A DNA stretch of 64,000 bases from the human T2T-CHM13v2.0 reference genome, Homo sapiens: the NCBI RefSeq assembly GCF_009914755.1, contig NC_060940.1; one strand, given 5' to 3'. Shown piece after piece: positions 15,301 to 28,424 of the stretch. Each line of letters opens with the position of its first letter. The first letter of the stretch is position 1. The notes below the pieces were generated by a model. That model ran no database searches, was not told the DNA's origin, and saw only the letters and a list, made by a program, of their open reading frames with translations. The position numbers and the translations under genes are program-made.

Positions 15301-18300
15301 CATCCAATGATACCCTTCGATATCATTCGATGAGGATTCCATTCGATTCAATTCATTGGTGATTCTATTCAATTCAATTCTTTGATTCCATTCCATTCCA
15401 TTCGACAATGATTCCATTCGATTTCTTTCGATGATTCCACTCGATTCCACTTGACATTGATTCCCTTCGATTCCATTCAATGATTCCATTTGATTCCAGT
15501 GGATGATGATTGCCATCGATTCCATTCGATCACTCCATTCTATTCCATTTGATGGTGATTACATTCGATTCCATTTGACGATTCCATCTGATTCTATTCG
15601 AGGATTCCATTTGATTCCATTCGATGATGATTCCATTCGAGTCCATTCGATGATTTCATTCGAGTACATCCAATGATTCCATTCGAGTCCATTTGATGAT
15701 TCCATTTGATTCCATTTGATAATGATTCTACTAGAGTCCATTCAATGACTCCATTCGAGTCCATTCAACAATTCCATTCGACTCCATTTGATGATTCCAT
15801 TGGATTCCATTTGATGATTCCATTCGAGTCCATTTAATCATTACAGTCGAGTCCATTTGGTGATTCCACCGGATTTCTTTTGATAATGATACCATTCAAT
15901 TACATTTGATGATGATCCCATTCAATTTCATTTGATGATGATTCCATTAGAGTCCATTCGATGATTTCATTCGAGTCCCTTCATTGATTCCATCCGATTT
16001 CATTGGATGATGACTCCATTCGAGTCCATTCGATGATTCCACTCGATTCCATTAGATGATTCCATTGGAGTCCATTTCATTGTTCCATTCGATTCCATTC
16101 GATTCCTTTCGAAGATTATTCCATTTGAGTCCATTCGATGATGATTCCATTCCATTCCATTCGATGATTCCGTTTGATTCCATTCGATGATTCCCTTCGA
16201 TTCCTTTCTTTGATGATTCCATTCCATTCCATTCAATGATTCCATTCGAATCTATTCCATGATGATTCCTTTCGATTCCATTCGCTGATGTTTCCGTTCA
16301 ATTCCATTCGATGATGATTCCATTCGATTCCATTCATTGAGGATTCCATTTGATTCCATTTAATGATGATTCCGTTCTATTCCATTCAATGATTGCATTC
16401 AATTCCATTCAATGATTATCCCCTTAGAGTAAACTCAACGATTCCATTCAATACCATTCGATGATGATTCCTTTTGAGTCCATTCAATGATTTCATTCAA
16501 GTCCATTTGATGATTCCTTTCAATTCCATTCTATGATGATTCCATTCGAGTCCATTCGATGATTCCATTCGATTGCATTCGATTATTCCATTATATTCCA
16601 GTCAACGATGATTCCATTCGAGCCCATTCGATGATTCCATTAGAGTACATTTAATGATTGCTTTGTTTTCAATTCGAAGATGATTACATTGGATTCCATT
16701 CTATGATACCATTCGATTCCATTCAATGATGATTCCACTCAAATCCATTGGATGATTCCATTCGTGTCCATTCGGTGATTTCATTAGATTCCATTCGAGG
16801 ATGATTCCATTCGATTCCATTCGATGATTCCATTCAATTCCATTCGAGGATGATTCCATTCCAGTCCATATGATCATTCCATTTGATTTCATTCGATGAT
16901 GATTCCATTCGATTCCATTCGATGATTCCATTCTATTCCATTCGATGATGATTCCATTCGAGTCCATTCGATGATTCCATTCGAGTCCATTTAATGATTC
17001 CATTGGGTTCAATTCAATGATGATTACATTGGATTCCGTTCTATGATTCCATTCAATTCCGTTCATTGACAATTTGATTCCATTCGATGATGATTCCATT
17101 TGAGTTCATTCGATGATTCTATTCGATTCTCTTCGATGGTGATTCAATTCTATTATATTGGATGATTCCATTCGATTCCATTTGATGTTGATTCAATTCG
17201 ATTCTATTCGATGATGATTCCATTGGATTTCACTTGATGATTCTATTCGATTCCATTCAATGATGATTCACTTCTCGTCCATTGGATGATTCCATTTCAT
17301 TCCATTCGATGATGATTCCATTCGATTCCATTCGATGATTCCATTTGATTCCATGCGACGGTGAGCAATTCGATTCAATTCCATGATGATTCTATTTGAT
17401 TCAATTAGATGATGTTTCCATTCGAATCCATTCCATGATTATTCCATTGGAATCCATTTGGCGATGATTCCATATGAGTCAATTCAATGATGATTCCATA
17501 TGGGTCCGTTCGATGATAATTCCATTTGATTTCATTCGATGCTTCTATTCTATTCCAGTCGATGATGATTCCGTTGGAGTCCATACGATGATTCCATTTG
17601 ATTTCATTTGATGATGATTCCATTCGATGATGATTACATTGGATTCCATTCTATGATTCCATTCAATTCCATTCGTTGATGATTCGATTCCATTCAATGA
17701 TGATTCCATTTGAGTTCATTCGATGATTCTATTCGATTCCGTTCGATGGTGATTCAATTCTCTTATATTGGATGATTCCCCTCGATTCCATTTGATGATT
17801 ATTCCATTGGAGTCCACTTAGTGAATCCTTTAGATTCTACTCGAAGATGATTCCATTCGAGTCCATTCAATGATACCATTCAATTTCATTCGTTGATGCT
17901 TCCATTCAAGTGCATTCGATGATATCATTCGATTCCATTTGATGATAATTCCATTTGATTCCATGCGATGATTCTATTCGATTCCATTCAATGATAATTC
18001 CATTCAATTCAGTGATTCCTCTGGACTCCATTTGATGATGATTCCATTCAATGATTCCATTCGATTCTATTCCAAAATGATTCCATTTGAATCCATTTGA
18101 TGATGATTCCATTAGATTCCATTTGATGATTCCATTCGATTCCATTTGACGATGATTCCATTCGATTCCATTTGATGATTCCATTCTATTCTATTCGATG
18201 ATGATTCCATTCGATTCCATTTGATGATGATTGGATTCGATTCCATTTGATGATTTCATTTGATTCCATTCGTTAATGATTTCGATCAACTCCATTCGAT

Positions 18301-18403
18301 GATTCCATTTGATTCCATTCGATAATGATTACATCCGAGTCCATTCGATGATTCCATTTGAGCCCGTTCGATAATTCCATTTGAGTCCAATCAATGATTC
18401 CAT
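12341..18403 (+). repeat. Unit 3 (6063 bp = 6112 - 49 bp deletion)
   Basis: At ~15061-15080 'aatgattccatttgattccagtctctg' lacks the 49 bp seen at 2811-2859. Confidence 0.92.
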
Positions 18404-21400
18404 TCATTTCCATTCAATGATTCCATTCGAGTCCATTTGATCATTCTGGTAGGGTCCGTTCGATGTTGATTCCATTGGAGTGCATTCGATGATTCCATTC
18501 GAGTCCATTTTATGATTTGATTCGAGTCCTTTCGATGATTCCATTAGATTCCACTCGATGCTGATTTCATTCGAGTCCATTCGACACTTCCAATCGATTC
18601 CATTTGATGTTTCCATTCGAGTCCAATTGATGATTCCATTCAATTCCATTCGATGATGATTCCATACGATTCCATTCTGTGATGATTCCATGTGATTGCA
18701 TTCAATGATGATTCCTTTCGACTGCATTCGATTATGATTCATTTCGTGTTCATTCTATGGTTCCACAGGTTTCCATTCGATGACGTTTCCGTTCGTGTCC
18801 ATTCCATTATTCCATTCTATTTCATTTGATGATGATTCCATTCGATTCCATTCATTGGTGATTCCACTCAATTCCATTCAATGATTCCATTCCATTTCTT
18901 TCAACAATAATTCCATTACTTTCTATTCGATGATCCACTTGATTCCATTTGGCGATGATTCCATTCGTGTCCATTCGATGATTCCTTTTGATTCCATATG
19001 ATGATGATTCCATTCGATTCCATACCATGATGATTCCATTCGAGTCCATTCAATGGTGATTCCATTCAATTCCATTCGATGATTCCTTCCGATTCCATTC
19101 GATGATGATGGCATTCGATTCCTTTCAATCATTCCCTTTGATTCCATTCAAAGGTGATTTCATTCAAGTCCATTCGATAATTGCATTCGATTCCATTCTA
19201 TGATGATTCCATTCGAGTCCATTTGATGATTGCATTCAATTCAAGTCAATGATGATTCCATTTAATTCCACTCGATGATTCCATTGGATTCCATTCGATG
19301 ATGATTCCATTCAAATCCATTCGATAATTCAATTCAAGTCCATTCGATGATGATTCCAATCGAATCCATTCAAAGATTCCATTCAATTCCATTCGATGAT
19401 GATTCCCTTAGATTCCATTCGATGATTCCACTTGATTCCATTTACGATGATTCCATTCGATTCCATGTGATGAATCCATTCAATTCTATTCAATGATGTT
19501 TCCATTTGATTCCATTGGACCATGATTGCCTTTGATTCCATTCAATGATTCCATTCGGTTCCATTTGATGATGATTCCGTTCGATTCCATTTCATTATTC
19601 CATTTGATTCCATTGGATGAGTCCATTCGATTACATTCGATGATTATTCCATTCGAGTGCATTAGATGATTGCATTCGAGTCCATTCGATGATTCCATTC
19701 GATTCCATTCGATGTTGATTCTGTTCAAATCCATTCGATGATTCCACTCGATTCCATTCGATGACTCCATTTGATCCCATTCGATGATTTCCTGTGATTC
19801 CCTTTGATGATCATTCTATTTGATTCAATTCGGTGATTTCATTTCATTCCATTCAGTGATGTTTCCATTCGACTGTATTCGATGATGATTCCATTCGACT
19901 CCATTCGATTATGATTTCATTCAATTCCATTCAATAATGATTCCCTTCGAGTCCATTCGATGATTCCATTCGATTCCATTCATCGATGATTTGATTCGTT
20001 TCCATTCGATGATTCCATTTGATTCCACTTGATGATGATTCCATTCGAGTCCATTTGATGATTCCATTCGAGTCTATTTATGTATTATATTCGTGTCCAC
20101 TTCATGATTCCATTCAATTCCATTTAATGTTGATTCCATTTGATTCCATTTGATGATTCAGTTCGATTCCTTGCAATGATTCCCTACGATTCCTTTCTCT
20201 GATGATTCCATTCGATTCCATTCATTGATGATTTCATTCGACTCCATTCGATGATGATTCCTTTCGATTCCATTTGACGATGTTTCCATTCGAGTCCATT
20301 CGATGATGATTCTATTCAATTCTGTTCTATTATGATTCCATTCGATTTCATTCAATGCTTCTATTTGATTCCATTCGATGATGATTCCATCTCTTTCCCT
20401 TCGATGATTCCATTTGATTCCATTCAGTGATGATTCCATTTGATTCCATCTGATGATGATTTCACTTGATTCATTTCAATGATGATTCCATTCAAGTCCA
20501 TTCGATGATTCCATTGGAGTCCAAACGATCATTCCGTTCGATTCCATTCAATGGTGATTCCATTCATGTCCATTCGATGAATCCATTCAATTCCATTCGA
20601 TGATGACTCCATTCGAGTACATTCGATGATTCCATTTGATTCCATTTGAAGATGATTCCATTCAATTCCATTCGAAGATGATTCCATTCAATTCCATTCG
20701 ATGATGATTCCGTATGAATCCATTCTCTGATTATTCCATTCGATTCCATTCATTGACGATTCCATTCAATTCCATTCAATGATGATTCTCTTCTATTCCA
20801 TTCGATGATTCCGGTCGATTCCATTCGATGATGATTCCATTAGATTCCATTCGATTGTTGCATTCGATTCCCTTCGATGATGATTCCTTTGAATTCCATT
20901 CGATTATCATTCCGTATGAATCCATTTGATGATTATTCCATTGGATTCCTTTCAATGATGATTCCATTCGATTCCATTTGATGATGTTTCTCTTGTATTC
21001 CATTGGATAATTCCTTTCAGTTCCCTTCGATGATTATTCTTTCGAGTCAATTCAATGATTCTATTCCATTCCCTTCGATGATGATTCCATTTCACTCCAT
21101 TTGATGATTCCATTCGACTCAATTTGGTGATGATTCAATTCGATGACATTCGATGACTCCATTCAATTTCATTTGATGATGATTACATTCGAGTCCATTT
21201 GATGATTGTATTCCTTTCCTTTTGATGATTATTCCATTCGTGTCTATTCAAAGGTTCCATTCTATTCCATTCAATGATGATTGCATTTGATTCCATTCAA
21301 TGATTATGGCTATCGATTCCACTCGTTGATTCCATTTGATTCCGTTCGATGATTATTCCGTTAGATTCCATTAGAAGATTCCATTCTATTTTATTCAATG

Positions 21401-22522
21401 ATTCCAATGGATTCCATTCAATGATGATTCCATTCGACTCCATTCAGTGATTCCATTCGAGTCCATTTGATGATTCCATTCTTTTCCATTTGATGATGAT
21501 TCCATTAGGGTCCATTCAATGATTCCATTCGAGTCCATTCGTTAATGCCTTTCGAGTCCTTTTGATCACTACATTCGAGTCCATTCAATGATTCTATTCG
21601 ATTCCATTCCATGATGATTCCATTCGAGTTCATTCGATGATTGCATTCGAGTCCATTTGATGATTCCATATGATTCCCTTCGACAATGATTTCATTCGTG
21701 TCCATTTGATGATTCCATTCATTTCCTATCGATTCAAGTGTATTCGATGATTCCATTCAAATCCATTCGATGATGATTCCATTCCAGTCCATTCGATCAT
21801 TCCACTTGATTCCATTTGATGACTATTCCATTCAAATCCATTTGATGATTCCATTCGATTCCATTCGATGTTACCATTCGAGTATATACGATGATTCCAC
21901 TCGATTCCATTTGATGATTATTCCATTGGAGTCCACTTAGTGAATCCTTTAGATTCTACTCGAAGATGATTCCATTCGAGTCCATTCGATGATACCATTC
22001 AATTCCATTCGTTGATGCTTCAATTCAAGTGCATTCGATGATATCATTCGATTCCATTTGATGATAATTCCATTTGATTGCATGCGATGATTCTATTCGA
22101 TTCCATTCAATGATAATTCCATTCAATTCAGTGATTCCTCTGGACTCCATTTGATGATGATTCCATTCAATGATTCCATTCGATTCTATTCGAAAATGAT
22201 TCCATTTGAATCCATTTGATGATGATTCCATTAGATTCCATTTGATGATTCCATTCGATTCCATTCGATGATGATTCCATTCGATTCCTTTTGATGATTC
22301 CATTCTATTGTATTCGATGATGATTCCATTCGATTCCATTCGATGATGATTGGATTCGATTCCATTTGATGATTTCATTTGATTCCATTCGATAATGATT
22401 TCGATCAATTCCATTCGATGATTCCATTCGATTCCATTCGATAATGATTACATCCGAGTCCATTCGATGATTCCATTTGAGCCCATTCGATAATTCCATT
22501 TGAGTCCAATCAATGATTCCAT
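18404..22522 (+). repeat. Unit 4: short variant unit (4119 bp) with alternative ~1.82 kb segment
   Basis: Aligns to the standard unit up to ~20069, diverges, then rejoins at ~21890. Length check: 6112+16+3-2012=4119. Confidence 0.9.
20070..21890 (+). repeat. Alternative HSat2 segment, copy 1 (absent from standard 6.1 kb unit)
   Basis: Private k-mers agtctatttatgtattatattcgtgtccac, ggagtccaaacgatc and gcctttcgagtccttttgatcactac. Private ORF marks at 20158, 20564 and 20776. Confidence 0.88.
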
Positions 22523-25500
22523 TCATTTCCATTCAATGATTCCATTCGAGTCCATTTGATCATTCCGGTAAGGTCCGTTCGATGTTGATTCCATTGGAGT
22601 GCATTCGATGATTCCATTCGAGTCCATTTTAGGATTTGATTCGAGTCCTTTCGATGATTCCATTCGATTCCACTCGATGATTTCATTCGAGTCCATTCGA
22701 CACTTCCAATCGATTCCATTTGATGTTTCCATTCGATTCCAATTGATGATTCCATTCAATTCCATTCGATGATGATTCCGTACGATTCCATTCTGTGATG
22801 ATTCCATGTGATTGCATTCAATGATGATTCCTTTCGATTGCATTCGATTATGATTCATTTCGTGTTCATTCTATGGTTCCACAGGTTTCCATTCGATGAT
22901 GTTTCCATTCGTGTCCATTCCATGATTCCATTCTATTCCATTTGAAGATGATTCCATTCGATTCCGTTCATTGGTGATTCCACTCAATTCCATTCAATGA
23001 TTCCATTCCATTTCTTTCAACAATGATTCCATTAGTTTCTATTCGATGATCCACTTGATTCCATTTGACGATGATTCCATTCGTGTCCATTCGATGATTC
23101 CATTTGATTCCATATGATGATGATTCCATTCGATTCCATACGATGATGATTCCATTCGAGTCCATTCAATGGTGATTCCATTCAATTCCATTCGATGATT
23201 CCTTTCGATTCCATTCAATGATGATGGCATTCAATTCCTTTCGATCATTCCCTTTGATTCCATTCAAAGGTGATTTCATTCAAGTCCATTCGATAATTGC
23301 ATTCGATTCCATTCTATGATGATTCCATTCGAGTCCATTTGATGATTCCATTCAATTCAAGTCAATGATGATTCCATTCGATTCCACTCGATGATTCCAT
23401 TGGATTCCATTCGATGATGATTCCATTCAAATCCATTCGATAATTCAATTCAAGTCCATTCGATGATGATTCCGATCGAATCCATTCAAAGATTCCACTC
23501 AATTCCATTCGATGATGATTCCCTTAGATTCCATTCGATGATTCCACTTGATTCCATTTACGATGATTCCATTCGATTCCATGTGATGATTCCATTCAAT
23601 TCTATTCAATGATGTTTCCACTTGATTCCATTCGAACATGATTGCCTTTGATACCATTCAATGATTCCATACGGTTCCATTTGATGATGATTCCATTCGA
23701 GTGCATTAGATGATTCCATTTGAGTCCATTCGATGATTCCATTCGATTCCATTCGATGTTGATTCTGTTCAAATCCATTCGATGATTCCACTCGATTCCA
23801 TTCGATGACTCCATTTGATCCCATTCGATGATTTCCTTTGATTCCCTTTGATGATCATTCCATTTGATTCAATTCGGTGATTTTATTTGATTCCATTCAG
23901 TGATGTTTCCATTCAACTCCTTTCGATGATGATTCCATTCGACTCCATTCGATTATGATTTCATGCAATTCCATTCGATAATGATTCCCTTCAAGTCCAT
24001 TCGATGATTCCATTCGATTCCATTCAACGATGATTTGATTCGTGTCCATTCGATGATTCCATTTGATTCCATTTGATGATGATTCCATTCGAGTCCCTTT
24101 GATGATTCCATTCAATTCCATTCTCCGATGATTTCTTTTGAGCCCATTCAATGCTTCCACTCGATTCCATATGATGATGACCCCATTTGATGAAATTCCA
24201 TGATGATTCCATTCGCTTGCATTCGATGATGATTCCACTTGAGTCCGTTAGAAGATTCTATTCAATTACATTCCATGACGATTCTGTTCGAGTCCATTTG
24301 ATGATTCCATTAGACTCCATTCGACGATGATTCCATTCGATGTTATTCGATGATGATTCCATTCAACTCCATTCGATGTTTCCATTCGAGTTCATTCTAT
24401 TATTCCATTAGATTCCATTCGATGATGATTCCATTCGATTCCATTTGATGATTGCATTCTATTTCATTTGATGATGATTCCATTCGAGTCCATTCGATGA
24501 TTCCATTCGAGTCCATTTAATGAATCCATTGGTTTCAATTCTATGATGATTACATTGGATTCCATTCGTTGATGATTTCATTCGATTCCATTCAATGATG
24601 ATTCCATTCAATTCCATTCAATGATTCCACTGAATTCCATACGATGATGATTCCATTTGATTTGATTCGACAGTGAGCCATTCGATTCAATTCCATGATG
24701 ATTCTATTTGATTCAATTGGTTGACATTTCCATTCGATTCCATTCGATGATGATTCCATTTGATTCCATTCAAAGATGATTCCATTCTAGCCCATTCAAT
24801 CATTCCATTCGATTCTATTCAATGATGATTCCATTCATGTCGATTTGGTGATTCCATTTGACTTCATTTGATGATGATTCCTTTCAAGTTCATTAGATGA
24901 TTCCATTCGATTCCATTTGATGATGATCCCATTCGAGTCTATTCAGTGATTCCACTCGTTTCCATTCCATGATGATTCCATTCCATTCCATTCAATGATT
25001 CCATTCGATTCCGTTTGATGATGATTTCATTCGAGTCCATTTGATGATTCCATTTGATTCCATTTGATGATGATTACATTCGAGTCCATACGATGATTCC
25101 ACTCAATTCCATATGATGATGATTCCATTCGATTCCATTCGATGATTCCAGTCTATTCTATTCAATGGTGATTCCATTCGAGTACATTAGATGATTCCAT
25201 TCGATTCCATTCAATGATGATTCTATTTGTGTCCCTTAGATGGTTCCACATGATTCCATTTCATGATGATACTATTTGAGCCCATCCAATGATTCCCTTC
25301 GATTCCATTCGATGAGGATTCCATTCGATTCAATTCATTGGTGATTCTATTCAATTCAATTCTTTGATTCCATTCCATTCCATTCGACAATGATTCCATT
25401 CGATTTCCTTCGATGATTCCACTCCATTCCACTTGACATTGATTCCATTCGATTCCATTCAATGATTCCGTTTCATTCCAGTGGATGATGATTGCCATCG

Positions 25501-28424
25501 ATTCCATTCGATCACTCCATTCTATTCCATTTGATGATGATTACATTCGATTCCATTTGATGATTCCATCTGATTCTATTCGAGGATTCCATTTGATTCC
25601 ATTCGATGATGATTCCATTCGAGTGCATTTGATGATTTCATTCGAGTACATCCAATGATTCCATTCGAGTCCATTTGATGATTCCATTTGATTCCATTTG
25701 ATTATGATTCTACTAGAGTCCATTCAATGACTCCCTTCGAATCCATTCAACAATTCCATTCAAGGCCATTCGATGATTCCATTTCATGATTCCATTCGAG
25801 TCCATTTAATCATTACAGTCGAGTCCATTTGGTGATTCCACTGGATTTCTTTTGATAATGATACCATTCAATTACATTTGATGATGATCCCATTCAATTT
25901 CATTTGATGGTGATTCCATTAGAGTCCATTCGATGATTTCATTCGAGTCCCTTCATTGATTCCATCCGATTTCATTGGATGATGACTCCATTCGAGTCCA
26001 TTCGATGATTCCACTCGATTCCATTAGATGATTCCATTGGAGTCCATTTGATTGTTCCATTCGATTCTATTCGATTCCTTTCGAAGATTATTCCATTTGA
26101 GTCCATTCGATGATGATTCCATTCCATTCCATTCGATGATTCCGTTTGATTCCATTCGATGATTCCCTTCGATTCCTTTCTTTGATGATTCCATTCCATT
26201 CCACTCAATGATTCCATTCGAATCTATTCCATGATGATTCCTTTCGATTCCATTCGCTGATGTTTCCGTTCAATTCCATTCGATGATGATTCCATTCGAT
26301 TCCATTCATTGAGGATTCCATTTGATTCCATTCAATGATGATTCCATTCTATTCCATTCAATGATTGCATTCAATTCCATTCAATGATTATCCCCTTAGA
26401 GTAAACTCAACGATTCCATTCAATACCATTCGATGATGATTCCTTTTGAGTCCATTCAATGATTTCATTCAAGTCCATTTGACGATTCCTTTCAATTCCC
26501 TTCTATGATGATTCACTTCTCGTCCATTGGATGATTCCATTTCATTCCATTCGATGATGATTCCATTCGATTCCATTCGATGATTCCGTTCGATTGCATT
26601 CGATGATTCCATTATATTCCAGTCAACGATGATTCCATTCGAGTCCATTCGATGATTCCTTTAGAGTACATTTAATGATTGCTTTGTTTTCAATTCGAAG
26701 ATGATTACATTGGATTCCATTCTATGATACCATTCGATTCCATTCAATGATGATTCCACTCAAATCCATTGGATGATTCCATTCGTGTCCATTCGGTGAT
26801 TTCATTAGATTCCATTCGAGGATGATTCCATTCGATTCCATTCGATGATTCCATTCAATTCCATTCGATGATGATTCCATTCCAGTCCATATGATCATTC
26901 CATTTGATTTCATTCGATGATGATTCCATTCGATTCCATTCGATGATTCCATTCTATTCCATTCGATGATGATTCCATTCGAGTCCATTCGATGATTCCA
27001 TTCGAGTCCATTTAATGATTCCATTGGGTTCAATTCAATGATGATTACATTGGATTCCGTTCTATGATTCCATTCAATTCCGTTCATTGACAATTTGATT
27101 CCATTCGATGATGATTCCATTTGAGTTCATTCGATGATTCTATTCGATTCTCTTCGATGGTGATTCAATTCTATTATATTGGATGATTCCATTCGATTCC
27201 ATTTGATGTTGATTCAATTCGATTCTATTCGATGATGATTCCATTGGATTTCACTTGATGATTCTATTCGATTCCATTCAATGATGATTCACTTCTCGTC
27301 CATTGGATGATTCCATTTCATTCCATTCGATGATGATTCCATTCGATTCCATTCGATGATTCCATTTGATTCCATGCGTCGGTGAGCAATTCGATTCAAT
27401 TCCATGATGATTCTATTTGATTCAATTAGATGATGTTTCCATTCGAATCCATTCCATGATTATTCCATTGGAATCCATTCGGCGATGATTCCATATGAGT
27501 CAATTCAATGATGATTCCATATGGGTCCGTTCGATGATAATTCCATTTGATTTCATTCGGTGCTTCTATTCAATTCCAGTCGATGATGATTCCGTTGGAG
27601 TCCATACGATGATTCCATTTGATTTCATTTGATGATGATTCCATTCGATGATGATTACATTGGATTCCATTCTATGATTCCATTCAATTCCATTCGTTGA
27701 TGATTCGATTCCATTCAATGATGATTCCATTTGAGTTCATTCGATGATTCTATTCGATTCCGTTCGATGGTGATTCAATTCTCTTATATTGGATGAATCC
27801 ACTCGATTCCATTTGATGATTATTCCATTGGAGTCCACTTAGTGAATCCTTCAGATTCTACTCGAAGATGATTCCATTCAAGTCCATTCGATGATACCAT
27901 TCAATTCCATTCGTTGATGCTTCCATTCAAGTGCATTCGATGATATCATTCGATTCCATTTGATGATAATTCCATTTGATTCCATGCGATGATTCTATTC
28001 GATTCCATTCAATGATAATTCCATTCAGTTCAGTGATTCCTCTGGACTCCATTTGATGATGATTCCATTCAATGATTCCATTCGATTCTATTCGAAAATG
28101 ATTCCATTTGAATCCATTTGATGATGATTCCATTAGATTCCATTTGGTGATTCCATTCGATTCCATGCGACGATGATTCCATTCGATTCCATGTGATGAT
28201 TCCATTCTATTCTATTCGATGATGATTCCATTCGATTCCATTCGATGATGATTGGATTCGATTCCATTTGATTATTTCATTTGATTCCATTCGTTAATGA
28301 TTTCGATCAACTCCATTCGATGATTCCATTCGATTCCATTCGATAATGATTACATCCGTGTCCATTCAGTGATTCCATTTGAGCCCGTTCAATAATTCCA
28401 TTTGAGTCCAACCAATGATTCCAT
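22523..28424 (+). repeat. Unit 5: multi-deletion variant (5902 bp)
   Basis: Indels versus 6112: -3, +16, +3, -72, -23, -170, -10, +49 = -210. Confidence 0.9.

Noticed and set aside
20070-21890. Alternative segment as a transposon insertion
   Set aside because: It is itself HSat2 and replaces sequence rather than inserting. No target-site duplication, poly(A) tail, terminal repeats or Alu/L1 sequence is visible.
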